A DNA stretch of 64,000 nucleotides from Micavibrio sp. UBA2400 (GTDB lineage Bacteria > Pseudomonadota > Alphaproteobacteria > UBA2400). Below, piece after piece: positions 50,212-59,090 of this stretch. Location of the stretch: assembly GCA_002343265.1 (NCBI GenBank), contig DDSC01000018.1, positions 124,945 to 188,944 on the forward strand. The letters run 5' to 3'. The position numbers were made by a program, and so were the translations under genes. How positions within the stretch are numbered: position 1 is the stretch's first letter; the number at the start of each line of letters is the position of its first letter. The notes beneath the pieces are model-generated. The model was given only the letters and a program-made list of their open reading frames with translations, was not told where the DNA came from and did not search any database.

Positions 50212-50949
50212 CTAAAAGTTAAGTTTATTAAAGATTTTGCGCGGTAAGTGCAAAATCGCCAGCATGATCGGCCACCAGAACCACGGATAATAAAGTGTTC
50301 CGCCGCGGGCGGCGCGCTGCCAGCAGACTTTGGCCAGCCCCTCCGGCACGCCCAGCGGCAGGGGTGGATTTTTTTTGCCCCAGGTCATGGGGGTATCCAT
50401 CACCCCGGGTTTGACCAGAAGTACAGGCACCTGAAAGGCCGACAAATGCGCGGCCAGACCTTGGGCGTAAGCGGCCAGCCCCGCCTTGCTGGCTCCATAC
50501 TGGTAATTTTTCTTGCGGCCACGATCCCCCGCGACCGAGCCGAGCAGCACAATCGCTCCGGCTTTCTGTTGCTCAAACAACGGCAGCAGCGCATTGCAGG
50601 TCAGCATCGCGCTGGTGAAGTTGCTGTTGACCATCTGTGTACATAATACGGCATCCGCCCGCATCGCCGCTTCCTCCGGCATGGTACCAATCGCCCAATA
50701 GAGGCTGACCGGGGCTTTGGCCTGTGCTGCCATAGCCACCAGTGCGCCGCGGTGTTGCTCATTCATGGCGTCGAACAGCGCACAGGTAACACTCGCCGCG
50801 CCGCGCAGTCGCAAATCCTGCTCCTGCGTGGCCAGCTCCTGCGGGTTACGTCCGGCCAGAATAAGATGCGCCCCGTGCTTGGCCGCTTCACGGGCAAAGG
50901 CCTTGGCCAGCGCCGAGCCAGCGCCAAGAATGATCCAGGTTCCGGTCAT
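50212..50949 (-). CDS. DprE2-like short-chain dehydrogenase (decaprenylphospho-2'-keto-ribose reductase homologue)
   Basis: SDR fold (GAGSALAKAF, YGASKAG) and C-terminal ...LHLPRKIFNKLNF matching the DprE2 tail ...LRHIPRSIFRKLPI; 4-nt overlap with the dprE1-like gene. Confidence 0.7.
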   Translation of the reverse strand: MTGTWIILGAGSALAKAFAREAAKHGAHLILAGRNPQELATQEQDLRLRGAASVTCALFDAMNEQHRGALVAMAAQAKAPVSLYWAIGTMPEEAAMRADAVLCTQMVNSNFTSAMLTCNALLPLFEQQKAGAIVLLGSVAGDRGRKKNYQYGASKAGLAAYAQGLAAHLSAFQVPVLLVKPGVMDTPMTWGKKNPPLPLGVPEGLAKVCWQRAARGGTLYYPWFWWPIMLAILHLPRKIFNKLNF

Positions 50950-52286
50950 GCGGTCCTCCGTAAGCCAAGGCGCTGCGCCATGCGTGAGGTGAATTTTTCC
51001 TGCGGGTCCAGCTCGGCCAGGACCCGTTTGAAATCCGGCAGACGTGGGTACATAGCCGCCAGATCATCGGCCGTTAACGTGCTGTCCTTGGCCAGATAAA
51101 CGCGCCCACCCACATCGCGGGTAAATTTATTCAGCGTGGACAAGAACTCCGGTGTGCCGGGGCTGTTGGGAAAATCCAGTGCCAGAACATAGCCGGGCAT
51201 AGCGTAGCTCAGATAATTTTCATCCTCCTGACCCAAGCGCTTGAGTACCGCCAGAAAGGAAGCGCGGGCACTCTGACTAATCATCTCCAGCAGCTTGGGC
51301 AGGGCTTGAGGGGCGGCTGCATCGGGAATAACACACTGGAACTGGTGAAAGCCGCGCTTACCATACATCCGGTTCCAATGCTGAATGCGATCAAGCGGGT
51401 AAAAAAACTGCGCGTGCGGCACGATAGAGAGTGTCGGGTTGGCGCGGCCGACCCACGCATAGCGCACTTTATTGAACAGACGGATGCTGAGCGGGTTCAG
51501 GGCAAAGCTGGGCAGATCAAGCGGAAATACCGGGCCACCATCAAGCCTGACCGGGGCGTTGCCCGGCGCGATATGCGCGCGCTCAAAAATACTCCGCCCC
51601 AGCGCCGCGCCACCGGACAGGGCATCCAGCCATGCGACAGCATAGTCATCGCGCTCAGGCTTGCTGGTGAACGCCGCCAGCAGGTCCTCCAGATTTTTAC
51701 AGCGGTGCTGGGTTACCGCTACACAGCTACCCGCCGCCGGTGTAAGCTGCAGTGCCGCCTGCACGATGATGCCGGTCAGACCGATGCCACCCAGAGTCGC
51801 AAAAAATGCGGGCGCATTCTCGGTGCGGGAAAAGCGGCACACGCGGCCATCAGCGGTCAGCACCTCAACCCACAGGATATGGCGGGACAAGGCCCCGGCA
51901 ACGGGATGGTTCTTGCCATGTACGTTATTGGCAATGGCCCCACCCAAAGTGACAAAGCTGGTGCCGGGGGCGACGGGAATCAGCCAGCCGCGCGGCAAAA
52001 AGGTTTCGAGAATGGTTTTGAAACTTACCCCGGCCTGCGCGACCAGCACACCACTCTGGGGATCAAAGCTTACCAGCTGATCGAGCTGGTCGGTCAGAAT
52101 GGCGCGGGCAGCCTCGGTCGGCAGGGCGGCATCGCCATAACTACGACCTAGGCCATGAGCCAAAATCGCCGGGCTGTTCTGTACGGCCTCCTGCACTGCG
52201 CTGAGTGTATGCGGGCGCGCCGCGCTAGTAGCCGCGCGGCTGGTGCGGCCCCATCCGGTCAGCGTGGTCTGGCCCCAGAGGATCAT
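50946..52286 (-). CDS. DprE1-like FAD-dependent oxidase (decaprenylphosphoryl-beta-D-ribose 2'-oxidase homologue)
   Basis: Blocks LTGWGRT, GLGRSYGD, VTLGGAIANNVHGKNH, GGIGLTGII, FYPLD..WNRMYG..GFHQFQCV.P, GGRVYLAKDS, MAQRLGL track M. tuberculosis DprE1 along its whole length. Confidence 0.75.
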   Translation of the reverse strand: MILWGQTTLTGWGRTSRAATSAARPHTLSAVQEAVQNSPAILAHGLGRSYGDAALPTEAARAILTDQLDQLVSFDPQSGVLVAQAGVSFKTILETFLPRGWLIPVAPGTSFVTLGGAIANNVHGKNHPVAGALSRHILWVEVLTADGRVCRFSRTENAPAFFATLGGIGLTGIIVQAALQLTPAAGSCVAVTQHRCKNLEDLLAAFTSKPERDDYAVAWLDALSGGAALGRSIFERAHIAPGNAPVRLDGGPVFPLDLPSFALNPLSIRLFNKVRYAWVGRANPTLSIVPHAQFFYPLDRIQHWNRMYGKRGFHQFQCVIPDAAAPQALPKLLEMISQSARASFLAVLKRLGQEDENYLSYAMPGYVLALDFPNSPGTPEFLSTLNKFTRDVGGRVYLAKDSTLTADDLAAMYPRLPDFKRVLAELDPQEKFTSRMAQRLGLRRTA

Positions 52287-53170
52287 GCGTACATCAACCA
52301 GATGAAGGTGAGAACCCAGCCCAGTCCAGTTGCGATCATGGGTTTGTCAGTCAGAATGACGGCGGTAGGTGAGCCTGAGCGCTCTTTGACAATCGTCAGC
52401 TGCAAATAACGCAGCATACCGTAAATGACAAACGGAGCGGTATAGAACAGCGTGTCCGTACCGAGGCGCTCCTGTACTTCCGGATCGGTTGTATAGATGA
52501 GATAACTGACCAGCGCTGCACCAAGCGTAATAGCCAACACGACATCCAGAAACGGCCGCGAATAGCCATCGAGCGAGCGGCGATGGTCGGTCCCCAGCGT
52601 CTTGACAATATCATCCCGCCGCTTGGCAAAGCCAAGGAACAGCGCCAGCAAGCCGGTGAGGATCACTATCCACGCGCTTGGAGTGATGCCGATCAGAGCC
52701 GCGCCAGCCTCGACACGCAGCACAAAGCCCAAAGCAATACACATCACGTCTATGACAGCGATATGCTTAAGGCGCAGCGAGTAAGCGATATTCAATACCG
52801 CATAGACCAGCAAATAGATAAAAAACGCGGGCAGCAGACACCACGCGCCCATCAGCCCACCCGCCGCCAGTGCCAGCATGAGGGTGATCGCTACCGGCAG
52901 AGTCACCGTCCCTGCCGCCAGCGGGCGCTTGCATTTGGTGGGGTGGGCGCGATCACGCTCGACATCGCGCCAGTCGTTCAAGATGTAGATGGCGCTCGCT
53001 ACGAGGCTCCAGCACAGGACGCCAAGGGCGACCAGCAGCACGCTCTCGGTTGAAACGACCGAGGGGGTGAAAAACAGTGGCGCGGCAACAAACCCGCTCT
53101 TGATCCAATGATGCGGACGAATGAGCTTGATGACCGGCGGCACCGGGAGCGGCGAAATAAGCGTACCCAT
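52283..53170 (-). CDS. UbiA-family decaprenyl-phosphate 5-phosphoribosyltransferase homologue (Rv3806c-like)
   Basis: 8-9 TM UbiA fold with NDWRDVERDRAHPTKCKRPLAAG (NDxxDxxxD + basic patch) characteristic of DPPR synthases; overlaps the dprE1-like gene by 4 nt. Confidence 0.7.
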   Translation of the reverse strand: MGTLISPLPVPPVIKLIRPHHWIKSGFVAAPLFFTPSVVSTESVLLVALGVLCWSLVASAIYILNDWRDVERDRAHPTKCKRPLAAGTVTLPVAITLMLALAAGGLMGAWCLLPAFFIYLLVYAVLNIAYSLRLKHIAVIDVMCIALGFVLRVEAGAALIGITPSAWIVILTGLLALFLGFAKRRDDIVKTLGTDHRRSLDGYSRPFLDVVLAITLGAALVSYLIYTTDPEVQERLGTDTLFYTAPFVIYGMLRYLQLTIVKERSGSPTAVILTDKPMIATGLGWVLTFIWLMYA

Positions 53171-53263
53171 GCCAGTGTGTTAAGCGATTTGCCGCGTTTC
53201 GGCTAGTCATCTGTCATCGTTTTCCTCTATCAGCCACGCCAAAAGATAGCTAAACTGCATCGC

Positions 53264-53590
53264 ATGATGCGCATGGCACTCGCTATCCTTCTGGCTGTTT
53301 TTCTGCTTTCGGCCGGGCCAGCTCTGGCTGGACCAGCGGCGCATTGCGCCCCCTCCCCGGCGTCTAAGCTGGCGCTTACGCACCAGACGAGCGAGAGTCA
53401 TGTGTCGTCGCTCGTACACCCCTGCGCCGGCCAGACGATGAACTGCCAGAGCGGATGCTGCGCGGCCCTCTTCGCCCAGGTATCGCCGCCCGTGCGACCA
53501 GTGGCACGTATGGTGGCGATCACGCTCCCTCTACGCACTGGGGTCGTGCACGCCCACAGCTACCCGCTGCTGCGCCCACCTAATGTGTAA
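53264..53590 (+). CDS. Small secreted Cys/His-containing hypothetical protein
   Basis: Signal peptide MMRMALAILLAVFLLSAGPALA; no clear family. Confidence 0.3.
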   Translation: MMRMALAILLAVFLLSAGPALAGPAAHCAPSPASKLALTHQTSESHVSSLVHPCAGQTMNCQSGCCAALFAQVSPPVRPVARMVAITLPLRTGVVHAHSYPLLRPPNV

Positions 53591-53647
53591 GCTTACTTCC
53601 TCTTCAATCTTGTAAAATCTGAACATCTCATTGGAAGGAGTTGGACC

Positions 53648-54154
53648 ATGTCCATGACTCATTATATGGAACTGCTGGCCGCCAACCAGCCGTGGAATCT
53701 GTTGTTGTTTATGGCGATCCCGGTCATTCTGGCCGAGACTGTTGCCATCACCGAGCTGTATCTGCTGTTTACCCGTGCCCGCACCGGCTGGGTGAAAACC
53801 CTTAGCCGTGCTGCAGGCATCCTCGGGGGTGTCTACTTTGCCGGAGTGATGGTGTATCTGCTCAAGACCGCAGTGCTGCCGATCACTCAGGCGGGGGCGT
53901 GGCGCGGCCCTGTTGATGTGATCGCCGTGGGTGGCTACCTGCTCAGTGGCATTGCCCTGATCTGCATAGCCTTGCAGGAGCTGCGGGTGATTGATCGTAA
54001 CCGGACCGACGATCAACGCCTGATCCGCCACGCGGTTTATGTTGGTGCATTCCTGATTTTGGCTCATGTGGCCATGATTGCCGGCATGCTTGACCCGGCG
54101 GTATTTGGCTATCAGGCCGCCGCCTCGACCGACATGATGCATGGCAACCACTAA
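53648..54154 (+). CDS. Hypothetical 4-TM membrane protein
   Basis: 168 aa complete ORF, four hydrophobic helices. Confidence 0.4.
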   Translation: MSMTHYMELLAANQPWNLLLFMAIPVILAETVAITELYLLFTRARTGWVKTLSRAAGILGGVYFAGVMVYLLKTAVLPITQAGAWRGPVDVIAVGGYLLSGIALICIALQELRVIDRNRTDDQRLIRHAVYVGAFLILAHVAMIAGMLDPAVFGYQAAASTDMMHGNH

Positions 54155-54266
54155 GCCGTGATGTCGAGTGTGAGGGGTGGGCGTAACGCCCGCCCCTTCT
54201 GCTTTTTAGGACTCGCCATTTGGCCGGGCTTTGCTATGCTGGGTCAAGAACAAACAGGAAACGCGC

Positions 54267-55802
54267 ATGATCGCCCATATCCCTACCGTTGCCTTTGCCG
54301 GGGTCGAGGTGCAGCCGATCGACGTACAGGTGCAAACCTCACCGGGTCTTGTCGGCTTTACGGTGGTGGGTCTGCCCGACAAGGCGGTGGGCGAAAGCCG
54401 CGAACGGGTACGCGCGGCGTTACACTCGCTGGGTCTGGCGCTGCCCGCCAAGCGGATCACCGTCAATCTGTCGCCCGCTGATGTACCCAAGGAAGGCAGC
54501 CATTACGACCTGCCCATCGCGCTGGGTTTGCTGGTCAGTATGGGAATTTTGCCCGGTGAAGAGCTGGCGCGTTATACCGCGCTGGGTGAATTATCCCTTG
54601 ATGCTTCGCTCACCAGCGTGGCCGGGGTGCTGCCCGCCGCGATTGATGCGCTGGCCAATCACCGTGGCATCATCTGCCCGGCAGGATGTGGCGCTGAGGC
54701 GGCCTGGGCCGGGGAGATCGATATTCTGGCGGCGCCCTCCCTGCTCGCGCTCATCAACCACTTCAAGGGCACGCAGGTGCTGGTGCGCCCACAGCCCGCC
54801 GTACAAGACGACCGTATGCCGCTGCCGGATCTGCGCGATATCAAAGGGCAGGAAACCGCCAAGCGCGCCCTTGAGATTGCCGCCGCCGGTGGGCATAACC
54901 TGCTGATGATCGGCCCGCCGGGCAGCGGCAAGAGCATGCTGGCCAGTCGCCTGCCGGGCATCCTGCCGCCGCTGTCGCCGCGCGAAGCTCTTGACGTCTC
55001 AATGATTCATTCCGTCGCGGGGCTGCTGACCGATGGCCGTTTGCTACGCCATCGCCCCTTTCGCGATCCGCACCACAGCGCATCACTGCCTGCCATGGTG
55101 GGCGGCGGCAGCCGGGTCAAGCCCGGCGAGGTGTCGCTCGCGCATGGCGGAGTGCTGTTCCTCGACGAACTGCCCGAGTTTGCCCGCCCCACGCTGGAGG
55201 CGCTGCGCCAGCCGATTGAAAGCGGCAAGGTTATGGTGGCACGGGTGCACGGCCATATTACCTTTCCGGCCCGATTTCAGCTGATTGCCGCCATGAACCC
55301 GTGCCGCTGTGGTCATATCGATGATGCCGCACTGGCCTGCGCCCGGGTGCCCAAATGCGCACAGGAGTATCAGGACAAAATCTCCGGTCCGATCTTTGAC
55401 CGGATTGATCTGCATGTCGATGTACCTGCCGTGCCCCCGCTTGAGCTGGTGCGCGCCCCGCACGGTGAGAGTAGCGCCACCGTGGCGGCCCGGGTGCAAG
55501 CTGCGCGGGATATCCAGACCGCCCGCTATGCCGCATTACAAAACCAGCCGCGTCCGGTGCGCACCAACGCCGATGCTGATGGTGATGTGTTGCAACTCGC
55601 CGCGCAGATGGAGCACACGGCACAAAGCCTGTTGGAGGACGCGGCGGGCAAACTCAAACTCTCGGCGCGCGGCTATCACCGGGTACTGCGCGTCTCTCGC
55701 ACCATTGCCGATCTGGCGGGCAGCGAGCCGGTTACCCGCGTACATATGGCCGAAGCACTATCCTTCCGCCGCCTTGCACCTGCGTTGCTGAAGGTGGCCT
55801 AA
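54267..55802 (+). CDS. comM: YifB/ComM-family Mg-chelatase-like AAA+ ATPase
   Basis: N-terminal Lon-like domain, Walker A GPPGSGKS, Walker B VLFLDELPEF, C-terminal ChlI-like domain; start at MIAHIPT. Confidence 0.85.
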   Translation: MIAHIPTVAFAGVEVQPIDVQVQTSPGLVGFTVVGLPDKAVGESRERVRAALHSLGLALPAKRITVNLSPADVPKEGSHYDLPIALGLLVSMGILPGEELARYTALGELSLDASLTSVAGVLPAAIDALANHRGIICPAGCGAEAAWAGEIDILAAPSLLALINHFKGTQVLVRPQPAVQDDRMPLPDLRDIKGQETAKRALEIAAAGGHNLLMIGPPGSGKSMLASRLPGILPPLSPREALDVSMIHSVAGLLTDGRLLRHRPFRDPHHSASLPAMVGGGSRVKPGEVSLAHGGVLFLDELPEFARPTLEALRQPIESGKVMVARVHGHITFPARFQLIAAMNPCRCGHIDDAALACARVPKCAQEYQDKISGPIFDRIDLHVDVPAVPPLELVRAPHGESSATVAARVQAARDIQTARYAALQNQPRPVRTNADADGDVLQLAAQMEHTAQSLLEDAAGKLKLSARGYHRVLRVSRTIADLAGSEPVTRVHMAEALSFRRLAPALLKVA

Positions 55803-55844
55803 CACTGGATTTCCAAGTATGTTTCGACCTTACAGAAGGGGATA

Positions 55845-56720
55845 ATGATGGCGAATAACAAGGGAGAGCAGCCGAAATTTGTTAGATTTTTCGCCCCACT
55901 TCAAGAGGTTTTACTTAGTCTTGGTGGCTCTGGTTCACCCGATGAGGCATATGCCGGTATAATTGAGAAACTGGCAATTCCGGAAGAAGAACAACTGGAG
56001 TTGCTGAAATCCGGTCAGACTAGGGTATATAACCAAATTCATTGGGCGCGATTTTATTTAGCAAAAAGTGGATTTATCGATTCTTCTAAGCGTGGTGTAT
56101 GGAGTCTGACAGAGCGTGGACTAAAAGAAAAAATTACACCTGAGCTTGCGCGTGAGATTTTTACAACTTGCCAGTCGCGGTTTGCTAGCAAAGATAAGGC
56201 GAGCAATACCTTTCAAGAGATTGAAATTTCTTCGAAAGGCGAGGTGGGCGAATCTGATCTTGATTATAAGGCTAAACTTCTCTCTACTCTCAAAAAACTT
56301 CCTCCCGCAGGATTTGAACGATTTTGCCAGAGAATGTTACGTGAGGCAGGATTTGTGCAAGTCTCCGTCACCGGACGAAGTGGGGATGGTGGCATTGACG
56401 GGTATGGAATCCTACAAATTAACCCTCTAGTCTCATTCAGGGTTTTGTTTCAGTGCAAAAAATATGACGGATCTGTTTCTACAGGCACGGTTAGAGACTT
56501 TCGTGGAGCAATGGCGGGGCGAGCCGATAAGGGTATTATCATTACAACAGGAACCTTTACAGCCGACGCAAAGAAAGAATCACAAAGAGATGGTGCTGCC
56601 CCAATAGAGCTAATTGATGGTGAGAGACTAACAACTATGTGCGAATCTCTTGAATTAGGTCTAAGGCCAGTTACAAGTTTCGAAATTGTGCCGGAGTTTT
56701 TTGAAGAATTTGACGAATAA
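55845..56720 (+). CDS. mrr: Mrr-family type IV restriction endonuclease (Mrr_N winged helix + Mrr catalytic domain), low-GC
   Basis: N-terminal Mrr_N (QIHWARFYLAKSGFI), C-terminal PD-(D/E)xK-like block (GGIDGYG...FQCKKY); local GC ~43%. Confidence 0.7.
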   Translation: MMANNKGEQPKFVRFFAPLQEVLLSLGGSGSPDEAYAGIIEKLAIPEEEQLELLKSGQTRVYNQIHWARFYLAKSGFIDSSKRGVWSLTERGLKEKITPELAREIFTTCQSRFASKDKASNTFQEIEISSKGEVGESDLDYKAKLLSTLKKLPPAGFERFCQRMLREAGFVQVSVTGRSGDGGIDGYGILQINPLVSFRVLFQCKKYDGSVSTGTVRDFRGAMAGRADKGIIITTGTFTADAKKESQRDGAAPIELIDGERLTTMCESLELGLRPVTSFEIVPEFFEEFDE

Positions 56721-56758
56721 TATAAAAATTTTGCGTGCCCCGCGGTGTTGAAAGCGGC

Positions 56759-57361
56759 CTAGGTCAGCGCACGCGCGGGGGTTGCCGCGTGCGCCCACTG
56801 TTCGTTATAGATTGTGACCGCGCGGCGCGGCTTGCCATCCGGCGAGGCCGGTTTGATCCGTAACCCGACGCGAATAACGGGCGACCGGCCCGGCGGACGA
56901 ATCATCTCTTCAAACACCGTAATCTCGGCGGGTGGTAAACACTCCGCACCATAGCGGCCTGACACGCCGGGCTCAGGTACATGCACACCGCTAATCTGAA
57001 ACAGCGCATTGAACGCCTGCAGAGGTGGCAGACTGGCGGGATAGTCCGGGTCCACACCGGTAGCGCGCGCCGTGGCCACATAATAAACGCCAGCGGTGCC
57101 ATGCTTGCTGGTATCCACCAAGGCTGGATCAAAAACGAGGGTCTTTTTTTCGACGCTTAGTGCAACGCCAAACACGTAAGACGCACATACCGGCTCGTCA
57201 CTCACTCTTGGCGGCATACCGATGGATGTGGTGCCCGATCCAAGGTTTACCAGCGGAGCGGGCGCGGTCGGGACGTCAGCGAAATCTGCCGAGCAGGCCG
57301 CGGGCTGGCCAAGCGGAGTATTTGTGATTGTCTGTACCCACTTACGTAAGCGCGTCAGCAT
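56759..57361 (-). CDS. Hypothetical lipoprotein
   Basis: Lipobox-like LAACS after a basic N-term; no family recognised. Confidence 0.35.
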   Translation of the reverse strand: MLTRLRKWVQTITNTPLGQPAACSADFADVPTAPAPLVNLGSGTTSIGMPPRVSDEPVCASYVFGVALSVEKKTLVFDPALVDTSKHGTAGVYYVATARATGVDPDYPASLPPLQAFNALFQISGVHVPEPGVSGRYGAECLPPAEITVFEEMIRPPGRSPVIRVGLRIKPASPDGKPRRAVTIYNEQWAHAATPARALT

Positions 57362-57475
57362 GTTGCCATCTCCGTCAGGTCTATCCTGTCCGGCAAAAAG
57401 CTAGCACCCGGGCACGGCGAAAGTCAAAAGAATCACATGGCTGAAATTTGTTTGTTTTATCAGTAGGATATCGGG

Positions 57476-57844
57476 CTATTTTACCAGCATCGGCCCCAGC
57501 GCCCTACCGGCAAACAGGTGGACGTGCAGATGGGGGACCTCCTGATGCGCGTTGCTGCCAGTGTTGGCGAGCAGGCGAAAACCATCCACTGTAACGCCCA
57601 GTTTGTCAGCTACCACCCCAATCGCGCGGACATAGCCCGTCACTTCCGGGCCGCTGGCCGCCCCGGCAAAATGAGCAAAGTTTACATATGGGCCTTTGGG
57701 AATAACCAGCACATGCACAGGGGCCTGCGGGTTGATATCCGGAAAGGCCAGCGCCCACTCATCCTCATAAATCTTGGTGCAGGGAATCTCGCCCCGCAAA
57801 ATACGGGCAAAGATGTTGTTGTGATCGTAACTCGGTATGCTCAT
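57476..57844 (-). CDS. HIT-family (histidine triad) protein
   Basis: HxHxHxx motif HLHVHLFAG near the C-terminus. Confidence 0.8.
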   Translation of the reverse strand: MSIPSYDHNNIFARILRGEIPCTKIYEDEWALAFPDINPQAPVHVLVIPKGPYVNFAHFAGAASGPEVTGYVRAIGVVADKLGVTVDGFRLLANTGSNAHQEVPHLHVHLFAGRALGPMLVK

Positions 57845-58377
57845 GCGTTCAGGTCCTTGGTAAAGTAGAGGCCACTAACAAATGCGCCGTCCACCAGGGC
57901 ATAGAAGGGATGTTGACCAAACTGGGTAAAGCCAAGCGAGCGGTAGAGGGCAATGGCGGCACCTTGCGTTTCACGCACATCCAGATTGACGACGCGGATA
58001 CCGCTAGCCTTAGCCGCCTCCAGCAGAGTGGTGGTGAGCTGCTTGGACAGACCATGGCCACGCGCCCACGGCGCAATAAAGGTAGTGGTCAGTTGGGCGC
58101 TGTGGCTTTGCGCCTCGTTATTGCGGGTGGGGCGCACAATCTGGGCACTACCGCAGATAACGCCATCAAGCCGGGCCACAAACAAACGACGCTCCGGCAC
58201 CACCAGCACGCCCTTCCAGTAGCGCTCCAGCGCATCGCGCGCGGGCACCTGCAACCAGCCAAAGCCGCCGCCCTCGCGAATGGCGGCTTCGGTGGCATCG
58301 CACAGATCATGCAGATCGCCACTCTTGAAGCGCTCAGTGATTTCATCAACAGACGGGGTCGCGGTCAGATCAGCCAT
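57841..58377 (-). CDS. GNAT-family N-acetyltransferase (start MADLTATPSV)
   Basis: Acetyl-CoA-binding region (IAPWARGHGLSKQL) in the C-terminal half; ATGA overlap with the HIT gene. Confidence 0.6.
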   Translation of the reverse strand: MADLTATPSVDEITERFKSGDLHDLCDATEAAIREGGGFGWLQVPARDALERYWKGVLVVPERRLFVARLDGVICGSAQIVRPTRNNEAQSHSAQLTTTFIAPWARGHGLSKQLTTTLLEAAKASGIRVVNLDVRETQGAAIALYRSLGFTQFGQHPFYALVDGAFVSGLYFTKDLNA

Positions 58378-58431
58378 GGCGCGAACATACTCCGCTTGCA
58401 GGCTGACGCAAAGCATTCTAATCAGGACGGC

Positions 58432-59013
58432 ATGTCCACGCGTGAGAAACTTTGTGCTGCTGCCCTCCGATTGTTTGTTCAGTCGGGTGTCGCGGCCACC
58501 ACCACACGCGATATTGCCGCCGCCGCCGGTGTGGCGGAGGGCACCATCTACCGCCACTTTACCAGTAAGGATGAGCTGGCGGTGGACCTGTTCGTGCGCA
58601 ACTGGCTGGCCTTTGCCACCTATATGGATCGTGCCGCCAGCCGGGGCGAGTCGCCACGCGAGCGGCTATCCCTCATGCTCGACTGGCTGCTGATGGCGGC
58701 CGAGCGGCAGACCGAACTGTTTGACTATCTGTTTCTGGTCCCGCATGGCCTGTCGGCTCAGGTCGCGCGCGATGTGATGACCCCCGCCAGCCTGCTACGC
58801 CGCGAGTTGGCAGACCTGGTCCCGCCGACGGAGGTAGAGTTGCGAGCAGCCCTGCTGACCGGCGCCCTCACTGCTGCCGTTGCGGCCTATCGGAACGGCA
58901 AGGTCGTAACACTGCAACCGGCCCGCGAGCTTATCATGCTCATGACCAAATCATTGGTTGAGCAGATACTTAACGGCCAGACAATAAAAAGCTTATCTCG
59001 CGCAGAGACTTGA
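58432..59013 (+). CDS. TetR/AcrR-family transcriptional regulator (start MSTREKL within the long ORF 57910..59013)
   Basis: N-terminal HTH TTRDIAAAAGVAEGTIYRHFTSKDEL. Confidence 0.7.
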   Translation: MSTREKLCAAALRLFVQSGVAATTTRDIAAAAGVAEGTIYRHFTSKDELAVDLFVRNWLAFATYMDRAASRGESPRERLSLMLDWLLMAAERQTELFDYLFLVPHGLSAQVARDVMTPASLLRRELADLVPPTEVELRAALLTGALTAAVAAYRNGKVVTLQPARELIMLMTKSLVEQILNGQTIKSLSRAET

Positions 59014-59090
59014 GTTACGTCAAATATACAAGAAGTGTTAACCAATTAAGGTCATAACTAGAGAACTTTTTCCTATGGGGAGTCTCTATT

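Noticed and set aside
51306-52151. 281-aa plus-strand ORF opposite the dprE1-like gene
   Set aside because: Antisense. The minus strand matches DprE1 throughout.
57910-58431. N-terminal 174 codons of the 367-aa plus ORF preceding the TetR domain
   Set aside because: This part is antisense to the GNAT/HIT genes and low-complexity. The TetR HTH begins at the internal Met at 58432, so the regulator is called from there.
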